Assembly: GCA_963734265.1 (NCBI GenBank)
Contig: CAVTGN010000002.1
Span: 417,102 to 481,101, forward strand
Source: Terriglobia bacterium
GTDB lineage: Bacteria > Acidobacteriota > Terriglobia > Terriglobales > Acidobacteriaceae
DNA: 64,000 nucleotides
Reading direction: 5' to 3'
Shown: positions 18,218 through 26,561 of the stretch, piece by piece
Position numbering within the stretch: position 1 is the stretch's first letter
How the letters are laid out: the number at the start of each line of letters is the position of its first letter
The notes under the pieces: model-generated
Database searches by the model: none
What the model was told of the DNA's origin: nothing
Seen by the model: the letters and a program-made list of their open reading frames with translations, nothing else
Program-made: the position numbers and the translations under genes

Positions 18218-19990
18218 TCAGTGCCCCAGAAAACGTTCCAGAACTTCGGCGTCGGCTTCGGCGAGATCCGCGTATTTCTTCGCTCTGGCTGCGTCTCGGT
18301 GTTGCAGGGCTTCTTCCGCTTTGAACAGATTTGATTTCAAGCTCGCCTGTCTCTCCACCATGTCGGCGCGCAGGCCATAACCGCTGGCAGCCTGCTGTTG
18401 TTGCAGATGATCCAGACCGCTGTTGACGGCGGCGGCGCGGTTGGAAAGCTGATCGACCGTTTTCTCCAACTCGTCAAACTGAGCGGAGTCGGCGGCAGCG
18501 GGCGAACCCATCGCCGCTCCGCCCTGCATTGCGTCTGCTCCCGTCACGCCGTTGCCGGCATCCTGCGCCATGAGTTTCTTGGCATGAGCATGAGCCGAAC
18601 CTGACTTTCCCATCGGGACAGACGGCGGCATCTGCTGGGGCTGCATCGCGTTCGAGTTGTCCACGGACGCGGATGGCGGGGTTGGAGCGGCCGGCGTCGA
18701 ATTTGAATTCATCGCGCTGCCAGCAGGACTTGCCGGAGCGGCGCTCGGTGCAGCCATGTCCGGGCTTTGGTTGGCGGTGTTCTGATTCGCCGGGGACTGA
18801 CTAACTGCGTTGTCGGCACTTGCCGGCTCGGCGGCCGTGGACCTGGCATCCGGCGATCCGGCATCCGGCGATTTCGCGTGCGTCCAGTTGCTGCGGGGCA
18901 CGTAGATTCCTGCCACCACCAGCACCGCCAGCACAATCAACGCTCCCAACGTCATGTAGAGGCCGCGATGACCTCCGGCCTGCGGAGGCGGCATGGGAAC
19001 CGCCGTCGGGATTGGAGTGGGCGCTTTTGTGTCCTTCGGCGGCGCCGACGCCGCTACCGGCGTTGCTGCGGGACGATACGGCACCGCCGCAGTCGCCGTC
19101 GCCGGAAGCACCGGCGGCTTCATCGAGTCCACGGTGGTCGCGTTCGACGCGGCTTGCGAAGCAGCCTCCGCGGCCGTAACCGGCACGCTGCTCAAGGCGT
19201 TGCGGAAAGCTTCCGCGGTCTGGAAGCGCTGCGACGGGTCCTTGGCGATCGCCATGAGAATAATTTCGTTCAGCTCCGCAGGCAGGCCGGGATGCAATTC
19301 GGCAGGCGGCTTGGGCGTCTCTTTGACATGAGCCGCCATGATCGAATAATCGCTGGTAGCGACGAAGGGACGCTGCCCGGTCACCATCTCGTACAGTGAC
19401 ACGCCGACCGAATACAGGTCAGAGCGCGCGTCCGTGGGCTCTCCCTTTACCTGTTCGGGAGACATGTAGCTCAGCGAGCCCATGGTCGTCCCGGTCATGG
19501 TCAGACTGCGATCCTCGCCGCCGCGCGCAATGCCAAAGTCCATCAGCTTGATCACGCCCTGCGGGGTCAACATCATGTTGGCGGGCTTGATGTCGCGGTG
19601 AATCACGTTCTGCTTGTGGGCGTAGCTGACCGCGTCCAGAACCTGGCGAATGTAGTTCAGCGCATCGGTCGGCGGAATGGCTCCGTGCTCCAGCTTGTCA
19701 GCCACGGTCGTGCCTTCGACATACTCCATCACCATGTAGAGCTGGTTGTCGGCGGTGAAAGCGGTTCGAAGAGCCGCAATATTAGGATGATTCAGGCTGG
19801 CCATGAGCTTGATCTCGCGCTGGAAGCGCGCCGCCAGCTCCTGGCGTCCCGCCAGATCAGGGAGCAGGACCTTCATGGCTTCAATGCGATCGGTAATGAC
19901 GTTGCGTACGCGCCACACTCTTCCCATCCCACCGCTGCCCAGTTCATCAAGAATCTGGTAATCGCCGATACGCTTGGTTTCGTCGGTCAT
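18218..19990 (-). CDS. serine/threonine protein kinase with one TM helix and an extracytoplasmic low-complexity plus coiled C-terminal region
   Basis: Hanks kinase motifs GSGGMGRVW, HRDIKPANM, DFGIA and SYMSPEQ are present. TM segment LYMTLGALIVLAVLVVAGIYV. Confidence 0.9.
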   Translation of the reverse strand: MTDETKRIGDYQILDELGSGGMGRVWRVRNVITDRIEAMKVLLPDLAGRQELAARFQREIKLMASLNHPNIAALRTAFTADNQLYMVMEYVEGTTVADKLEHGAIPPTDALNYIRQVLDAVSYAHKQNVIHRDIKPANMMLTPQGVIKLMDFGIARGGEDRSLTMTGTTMGSLSYMSPEQVKGEPTDARSDLYSVGVSLYEMVTGQRPFVATSDYSIMAAHVKETPKPPAELHPGLPAELNEIILMAIAKDPSQRFQTAEAFRNALSSVPVTAAEAASQAASNATTVDSMKPPVLPATATAAVPYRPAATPVAASAPPKDTKAPTPIPTAVPMPPPQAGGHRGLYMTLGALIVLAVLVVAGIYVPRSNWTHAKSPDAGSPDARSTAAEPASADNAVSQSPANQNTANQSPDMAAPSAAPASPAGSAMNSNSTPAAPTPPSASVDNSNAMQPQQMPPSVPMGKSGSAHAHAKKLMAQDAGNGVTGADAMQGGAAMGSPAAADSAQFDELEKTVDQLSNRAAAVNSGLDHLQQQQAASGYGLRADMVERQASLKSNLFKAEEALQHRDAARAKKYADLAEADAEVLERFLGH

Positions 19991-20186
19991 GTGAAAAGCT
20001 CCTTGACGTTTTTGCTGACGTTTTGTCGAGAAATTATGCCGCTGACGCTGGCTTCTAGCCCAACTGGTCCAGGGCTGAGACTAGTAACCAGAGCTGCATT
20101 TTCGTCGGGGGATGGAACTTCAGGCCTTCGTTCTGGAGGCCACTATCGATTCAGCGGATAATTATGCTCCGCCACATTCCCGGGGG

Positions 20187-20783
20187 TCAAGGCTGTTGCT
20201 CGGCCATAGACTCCCAGCGCGTCCGGGCCACGGATAGCTTGTACTTGGCCGTATTCAGGCTCTTGGCGGCCTTTTGCTGGTGATCCTTCCAGCCCTCGGG
20301 CTCATCCGGATTGCGGTGGCGCATGAGCCTGAGGTTGGTTTCGGCCTCCGCCACGTAAAGCGATGCTGCTCCCATATTTTCCGCAACAATCTGATCAATC
20401 GAATTGGCGCGCTGGGTGGCCAGGCTGAAGTCCGGCGGGAGGATTCCGATTTCATCCGGAAGCTGGGGATGCTTGTCCGAAGTGATGCGCTTCAGCCAAT
20501 CCTCAATGACGTGAATCGCAACCTTAAGTTGCAGAGTCACAGAAGCGATGTCGGTACGGTGCTGCTGGTCCATCTGCTTGCGTAGCAGAGAGAGTGTTTC
20601 CGCGGCAATTTCCGATTGCCGGTTCGACGACGACACCTGCTCTCGAGCCGCATCCGCCTGCCGCTTGGCATGTCCCGCATAGTAGATGTTGACCGCGGCC
20701 AGCACCACCACCAGGATCACGTTGGCGATGGCGGTGTACGCCATGATTTGATTGATGCTGAGACCCAGTACATGCTCTGACAT
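20187..20783 (-). CDS. hypothetical membrane-anchored protein (198 aa)
   Basis: N-terminal TM helix IMAYTAIANVILVVVLAAVNIYY followed by a helical soluble part. No family recognised. It overlaps the 3' end of the upstream HAD ORF by 67 nt. Confidence 0.55.
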   Translation of the reverse strand: MSEHVLGLSINQIMAYTAIANVILVVVLAAVNIYYAGHAKRQADAAREQVSSSNRQSEIAAETLSLLRKQMDQQHRTDIASVTLQLKVAIHVIEDWLKRITSDKHPQLPDEIGILPPDFSLATQRANSIDQIVAENMGAASLYVAEAETNLRLMRHRNPDEPEGWKDHQQKAAKSLNTAKYKLSVARTRWESMAEQQP

Positions 20784-21445
20784 TCAGAAGCACCGTCCGG
20801 GGAAAGTATAGACCGAGCAGGCGGCGTTTTAGTCGTGCCGGTCAGGGTGCGAGAGTTCTTTGCCACGGCGGCAGGAACCTTTACTGAGGCCATGCCCGCG
20901 GCCGTTGCGGCCTGAATGCCCATATCCGTATCTTCAAAGACCAGGCAGGATTCCGGCGCCACTCCCAATCGGGCGGCGGCAATGAGAAACGCTTCCGGAT
21001 CGGGTTTGCTCTTCTGGTAGTCCCCGGCGCATACCAGCGTATCGAACCGATCGAGAATCTTCAGGGTCTGGAGCGACGCGGTCACCGAATCCCGCGTGCT
21101 CCCAGAGACCACGGCAAAGGGAATTTTGCCGTGACTGGCCTCAATGTGTTCCAGTACCTCGGGCACGGCTTTAAGCTGCGGAAGAATTTCCAGGTAGAAC
21201 CCTTCTTTTCGCCGGGAGACATCCTCGACCGGCATATTCAGTCCGTGTTTTTCGTTGAGCGTGGCGATGATCTCAGCCACCGGCATGCCTCCCCAGGCAT
21301 AAAACAGGTCTTCACTGAATTCGCACTTCCATTCCGAAAGAACCTTGCTCCACGCGATGTAATGAAGCGGCATGGAATCGGCGACGGTGCCGTCGCAATC
21401 GAACAAGTAGGCTTTAAAAGACCCGGCCGGCAGCTTTAATTTCAT
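20717..21445 (-). CDS. HAD family hydrolase (beta-phosphoglucomutase-like subfamily IA)
   Basis: The start at MKLKLPAGSFKAYLFDCDGTVADS carries the DxDGT motif. VVSGSTR and FEDTDMGIQAATAAGM are also present. The roughly 55-aa tail after GMASVKV is unusual and overlaps the next gene. Confidence 0.8.
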   Translation of the reverse strand: MKLKLPAGSFKAYLFDCDGTVADSMPLHYIAWSKVLSEWKCEFSEDLFYAWGGMPVAEIIATLNEKHGLNMPVEDVSRRKEGFYLEILPQLKAVPEVLEHIEASHGKIPFAVVSGSTRDSVTASLQTLKILDRFDTLVCAGDYQKSKPDPEAFLIAAARLGVAPESCLVFEDTDMGIQAATAAGMASVKVPAAVAKNSRTLTGTTKTPPARSILSPDGASECQSMYWVSASIKSWRTPPSPT

Positions 21446-21838
21446 CTCTGCGCTGTCACATGACATGCGGGTTCGATGTCCGCCCATGACTGGTGGATTC
21501 ATTCTCGGAGCCGCTGCTACACTCACCGGAAGGCTCCCTCTTGACGAACCCCCGCCCTCCCCGCTACCATTTATCAAGTTTGCTCTTCGGAGCAGACCTT
21601 GGATTTCATGCAGAGTGGCTGAGGGACGAGCCCTGAGAAGCCACGACAACCGGATCAGAATTCATTTTCTGGTCGCCCGGTGTCAACTCTCGCCCTGCAA
21701 AGGGGGAACATGAGATTCGGGGTGCAGAATTTCCAGCATCTCGTTCCTCTTTCCTCAATTCCAGGGAAAGAGGATTTCGCGTTTTAGGGCACTTTCCGGA
21801 CGGCTCGTCCCGCAGGCTACTCCAAAGCGAGTGCCTCA

Positions 21839-23150
21839 ATGATCTCAGAACAAGTGACGTCTGAACCAGTGACATACGAATTACGCTGTCGGGAGTGCGG
21901 CAAGAGCTGGGGAAACCAGCCCCGTTCCATCTGCGACGATTGTTTCTCTCCTCTGGAAGTCTTCTACGATTACGACGCCGTGCGCTCCACCTTCACCCGC
22001 GAGCGAATTGCTCAGGGCCCAGCCAGCATGTGGCGCTATTCGGATTTGCTGCCGCTGCCGCCAAACTTTCGGCCCACCGTTCCAGCCGGTTTTACTCCAC
22101 TGCTCGAGGCGCCGCGCCTGGCTCAGAAGTTGGGCGCGCAGAACCTCTACTTGAAAAACGACGCGGTCTGTCAGCCCTCCCTGAGTTTTAAGGATCGCGT
22201 CGTCGCAGTGGCTTTGTCGCAGGCGCGCAATTTTGGGTTCGATACGGTTTCCTGCTCCTCCACCGGCAACCTGGCGAACTCGGTCGCGGCGCAAGCGGCG
22301 CGCAACGGATTCAAGGCCGTGATCTTTATTCCGGCCGATCTCGAGCCCGCGAAGATTCTGGGCACGCAAGTTTTTGGCGCGAAGCTGGTACGCATTTCCG
22401 GGAGCTACGACCAGGTCAATCGCCTGTGCTCGCAAATCGCCGACGAACGCCACTGGGGATTCGTCAACGTGAACCTGCGTCCGTATTACGCCGAAGGTTC
22501 GAAAACGGTGGGCTTCGAAATCGCCGAACAACTGGGCTGGCGCCTGCCTGACAACGTGGTGTGCCCCATGGCCGGCGGATCGTTAATCATCAAAATTAAA
22601 AAGGCATTCGATGAACTGGTCCACCTCGGACTGGTTGAAGCGAAGCCGGTGAAGTATTTCGGGGCGCAAGCCACGGGCTGCTCCCCAATTTCAACCGCGG
22701 TAAAGGCCGGCAATGTCGACATCGAACCGCAGAAACCCACGACCATCGCACGTTCACTGGCCATCGGCAATCCCGGCGGATGGGCACTACGCCATCAAGG
22801 TCATCACCAGGAGCGGCGGCTGGTCGGAGGATGTTTCGGATCCCGAACTGGTGGAATGCATCCAGCTGCTGGCGGAATCGGAAGGCATCTTCACCGAGAC
22901 GGCCGGAGGCGTGACCGTGGGAACTGCGCGCAAGCTCTATCAGCAGGGGCGCATCTCTCCCGAAGAGACCACCGTGCTCTGCATCACCGGAAACGGTTTG
23001 AAGACTACCGATGCGCTCGCGGGCAAGTACGAAGTCGAAGAGCCCATCGCACCGAAGTTCGCCGAGTTCGAGAAGTACATGGAACGAACGCTGGGCGCTT
23101 CGTCGAAAAATACCGCGGAGAAAGAAGTTCCGGAGACCGTGGGAGCCTAA
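21839..23150 (+). CDS. thrC: threonine synthase-family PLP enzyme with N-terminal zinc ribbon (ThrC, or MetM-like), interrupted by a 1-nt insertion
   Basis: CRECGKSWGNQPRSICDDCFSPLEV forms the zinc ribbon and PSLSFKDRVVAVA holds the PLP lysine. ORF 21839..23296 leaves the conserved frame at CCC 22772-22774. ORF 22713..23150 continues as ADGHYAIKVITRSGGW...CITGNGLKT. Deleting one C restores a 436-aa protein. Confidence 0.85.
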
Positions 23151-23732
23151 ATGACGATCACAGTTCAAATTCCGACCGCCCTGCGCCGGCTTACCGCGGG
23201 CAATGCGCGAGTCACCTGCTCGGCTGCGAATCTGGGAGAACTCTTTACCGCGCTCGACCAGCAATTCCCCGATCTCAAATCTCATCTGCGCGATGAAGCC
23301 GGAGAGATTCGCCGCTTCCTCAATGTATACGTGAACGAAGAAGACATCCGTTTCCTGGGCGGAAACAAGTATGCCTTCCAGGAGGGGGATGAAGTGCTGC
23401 TGGTGCCATCCATCGCCGGCGGTTGCGTGCTAGCGCTGTTATCCTCCGCGTCTAGTCCCGCGCTCTGTCATCCTGAGCGCAGCATAGCGTTTCGCTTGCG
23501 AAACGCTAGTGCGGAGTCGAAGGACCCCTGCCGTACCTCTCCGTCACTCGGGAGCGATCGTTTTTGGCACAACGTGCAGGAACTCGCAGCGGCCTTTCAG
23601 ATTGCAGGGATCCTTCGACTTCGAAGCCGCTTCGCTTTGCGAAGCAGCTGCTCGCTCAGGATGACAAAACGGCTACTCAATCCGCCCAGGGTTCCGGCTT
23701 GCGATCCCAGCGATGCTTTTTCAGCGCAGTGA
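23151..23732 (+). CDS. ThiS/MoaD-family beta-grasp sulfur-carrier protein (91-aa core ending AGG) with no stop after GG; the ORF reads on into REP-A copy 2
   Basis: ATG 23151 directly follows the thrC stop TAA 23148-23150. Sequence is MTITVQIPTALRRLTAGNARV...FLNVYVNEEDIRFLGGNKYAFQEGDEVLLVPSIAGG, with GG at 23418-23423. The frame stays open for 102 more codons to 23732. Confidence 0.75.
   Translation: MTITVQIPTALRRLTAGNARVTCSAANLGELFTALDQQFPDLKSHLRDEAGEIRRFLNVYVNEEDIRFLGGNKYAFQEGDEVLLVPSIAGGCVLALLSSASSPALCHPERSIAFRLRNASAESKDPCRTSPSLGSDRFWHNVQELAAAFQIAGILRLRSRFALRSSCSLRMTKRLLNPPRVPACDPSDAFSAQ
23466..23666. repeat. REP-A copy 2
   Basis: TGTCATCCTGAGCGCAGCATAGCGTTTCGCTTGCGAAACGCTAGTGCGGAGTCGAAGGACCCCT ... 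GGGATCCTTCGACTTCGAAGCCGCTTCGCTTTGCGAAGCAGCTGCTCGCTCAGGATGACA. It lies between the sulfur-carrier gene and the aldo/keto reductase 3' end. Confidence 0.9.
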
Positions 23733-24663
23733 GCAGCGCCGCATCCAGGGGTCCGGCGTCGCTCATCGCGATATTTTGCCGCACGTGATCCAGCTTTCTC
23801 ATTCCAACGATAATTGTGCTCACCACGGGATTCGACAGTATGAAGCGCAGAGCCACTTCTGGGAGAGTCATCGAAGGTGGCAGCACCGCTTTGAGCTTCT
23901 CCACTCTCTCCAGCGTCGGGACGAGATTCTTGGGGCCAAAGTACATAGCGCGCCAGTCGCCCTTGGGGAATTTAGTCTCGCGCGTCATTTTTCCTCCAAG
24001 GCTGCCCTCGTCGAGCGGCACGCGCGCGATGACGCCAACGTTGAGTTCCCGGCAAACCGGGAAGAGTTTGTCCTCCGGCGCCTGGTCAAAAATGTTGTAG
24101 ATGACCTGCACCACATCCACCAGCCCGGTGCGCAAGGCTTTGAGTCCGTTTTCGGGCTCCCAGCGATTGAGGCTGAGACCGAATGACCGGATGGTTCCGT
24201 CGCGTTTGAGCTTCTCCACCGTGGTGCGGAATTCAGGTTCGTCCGCCCAGCTGTCGTCCCACACATGAAATTGCAGCAGGTCGATGGAATCGGTGCGCAG
24301 TTTTTCCCGGATCATGTCAGCGTGCTTGAACACATGGGCCGCAGGAAATACATCTTGATAAAGGTATGCAGACTTGGCTGGCCACTTGCGATTGAGCGGT
24401 GGGATCTTGGACGCAGCGTACAGTCGCTTCGCCGGATTTGGCGGTGAAGGATTGCGTGACAGGATTTCGCCCAGCAATCCGTCGCTCTTGCCCTCGCCGT
24501 AGGCCCATGCCGTATCGAAGAAGTTGCATCCCAGATCAGTAGCCAGTTGCAGCGCGGCCAGCGACTCTTTATCTTCCGATCCACTCCAACCGCTCATACC
24601 CCAGAGTCCGTGCGCCATGTCACTGACTTCATAACCTGTACGGCCAAGTTTCCGGTATTTCAT
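23677..24663 (-). CDS. aldo/keto reductase
   Basis: 328 aa. MKYRKLGRTGYEVSDMAHGLWGM, GCNFFDTAWAYGEGKSD and LLQFHVWDD are typical of the AKR fold. Confidence 0.88.
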   Translation of the reverse strand: MKYRKLGRTGYEVSDMAHGLWGMSGWSGSEDKESLAALQLATDLGCNFFDTAWAYGEGKSDGLLGEILSRNPSPPNPAKRLYAASKIPPLNRKWPAKSAYLYQDVFPAAHVFKHADMIREKLRTDSIDLLQFHVWDDSWADEPEFRTTVEKLKRDGTIRSFGLSLNRWEPENGLKALRTGLVDVVQVIYNIFDQAPEDKLFPVCRELNVGVIARVPLDEGSLGGKMTRETKFPKGDWRAMYFGPKNLVPTLERVEKLKAVLPPSMTLPEVALRFILSNPVVSTIIVGMRKLDHVRQNIAMSDAGPLDAALLTALKKHRWDRKPEPWAD

Positions 24664-24723
24664 GAGTCTCCCTGATGAGGTGAAAGGACTTAGATTGTAG
24701 CCGTTGCGGGCGCGAAAATAAAT

Positions 24724-24770
24724 TTGTGCGCCGGCGGAGGACTTCGTATAATCTAACTAACTAGTTAATT
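24724..24770 (+). promoter_or_regulatory. candidate sigma-70 promoter (TTGTGC-N17-TATAAT) and palindromic operator for the TetR-efflux operon
   Basis: TTGTGC is at 24724-24729 and a perfect TATAAT at 24747-24752. The 16-bp palindrome AACTAACTAGTTAATT (24755-24770, 14 of 16 symmetric, perfect core TAACTAGTTA) lies 18 nt upstream of ATG 24788. Confidence 0.5.
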
Positions 24771-24787
24771 AATAGGGAAGGTTGGGC

Positions 24788-25453
24788 ATGAAAGCCACTC
24801 TCTCCAAACCGCGCCTGGGCTCTCGCGGGCGGCCGGAAGAAAGCCGGGCTGCCATCCTGCAGGCTGCGGTCCGGGAATTCTCCCGCGAAGGCGTGGCCGG
24901 GGCGCGGACCGACGCTATCGCCCGCGCCGCCGGAGTCAATAAGGCGCTGCTGTACTACTACTTCAAAGACAAAGAAACGCTTTACTCGGCGGTTTTGGAC
25001 CAGGTATTCGAAGGCCTGACGCAAAGTATTCAGAAGGCTTTGTCCAGTGACCTGCCTCCCCGGGAAAAGCTGCTCGCGTATGTGGGCGCGCACTTCGACT
25101 ATATCGCCAGCCATCCTCTTTATCCGCGAATCACTCAGGGCGAGATGATGCGGGCGGCTCGCGGCAAGGCACCGCATCTGCAGCGCATCGCGAAGCAATA
25201 CTTTGTTCCGCTGTTCCGCAAGGTCGCGGCGGTGATTGAGCAAGGCCAGGCGACGGGAGATTTCCGGCCGGTTGATCCTCTGCATTTCGTTCCATCGATG
25301 ATCGCAATCATCGTATTTCATTTCACGAATGCGCCGGTGCTGCGCATGGTGGGAAAGGTCGATCCCTACGCCCCGGAGCTTATCGCCGCGCGGCGTGCCT
25401 CGGTGCTGGATTTCATATCTGCGGCGCTGTTCTGCAAGGAGGGAAAATCGTGA
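24788..25453 (+). CDS. TetR/AcrR family transcriptional regulator
   Basis: N-terminal HTH AILQAAVREFSREGVAGARTDAIARAAGVNKALLYYYFKDKETLY. The stop overlaps the HlyD GTG start (GTGA). Confidence 0.9.
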   Translation: MKATLSKPRLGSRGRPEESRAAILQAAVREFSREGVAGARTDAIARAAGVNKALLYYYFKDKETLYSAVLDQVFEGLTQSIQKALSSDLPPREKLLAYVGAHFDYIASHPLYPRITQGEMMRAARGKAPHLQRIAKQYFVPLFRKVAAVIEQGQATGDFRPVDPLHFVPSMIAIIVFHFTNAPVLRMVGKVDPYAPELIAARRASVLDFISAALFCKEGKS

Positions 25454-26548
25454 ACGCGCGCAATAAATTTCTGATCGTCCTCGGGATTATTCTTGCCGCG
25501 TCGACTGCGTATTACCTGATTTCGACGCCGCGCTCCAGCGATCTGGTGCTGATCGGGACTGTGGATTCCAACCAGATTATCGTCAGCCCGCAGATGCAGG
25601 GCCGCATTGCCAAGTTGCTGGTTGACGAAGGGACGCAAGTAAAACAGGGCGACTTGATCGCAGTGATCGATCCGTCCGAACTGGAAGCGGAAGCCCGGGC
25701 CGCAGCCGCCATGATTGACAGCCTGCGCTCCCAGGTCTCCGCCACCCAGGCCACCAAAGAGGCAACCCAGGGTTCGACGTCGAGCAACGTGGTAAACGCG
25801 CAGGCGCGATTGCAGTCCACGCGCGCCCAATTGCTGCAGGCAGAAGCCACCCTGCAACGCACCGAGAGTGACAGTCGCCGGATGATTGAGCTGGCCAAGC
25901 AGGGAGTGGCCTCCGACCAGGATCGAGTGCAGGCCGAGAGCAATTTAAAGGCGCAACTGGCGACCGTCCAGTCACTGAAAGACCAGGTAGCCGCCGCCGC
26001 GGCCGATCTGAATACCGCCCTCGCCAATATCAACCAGGCCCACGCGGCTGCCAGCACGGTGCGAATCTACTCGCGCTCAATTGGCGAACTCCGAGGCTCA
26101 ACTCAAAGAGGCGGAAGTGCGCCTGGGCTATACCAAGATTTATGCGCCGGTGAATGGAACCGTGTCGGTGCGCGCGGCTCGCGAAGGCGAGGTCCTGACC
26201 GCGGGGCAGCCGATCGTCACTATCATGGATTTGGGCGACACCTGGGTGCGGGCTGCGATTCCCGAAACCGAGTCTGACCACATCGCACTCGGAGACACGC
26301 TTCGCATTCGCTTGCCGGGCGGAACCGTTACCTCCGGAAAAGTTTTCTTCAAATCTCCGGAAGCTGATTTTGCCACCCAGCGCGATGTGAGCCGGCGCAA
26401 GCGCGACATCCGGACCATCGTGCTCAAGGTTCGCCTGGACAATCCCAGAAGCGCGTATGTACCTGGAATGACGGCAGAGGTACTCGTCTCTCCCGATCAG
26501 CTTAAGGCAGCGCCGAGCCAGGCGGAAGCTTCGGATAAGCAGCAGTGA
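25450..26548 (+). CDS. HlyD-family membrane fusion protein, interrupted by a 1-nt insertion near 26045-26065
   Basis: ORF 25450..26277 holds the TM anchor, the lipoyl-like VSPQMQGRIAKLLVDEGTQVKQGDLIAVID and the coiled coil. ORF 26081..26548, one frame over, holds LGYTKIYAPVNGTVSVRAAREGEVLTAGQPIVTIMD. Together they would give 365 aa. Confidence 0.85.
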
Positions 26549-26561
26549 GCGGAAACCATGG

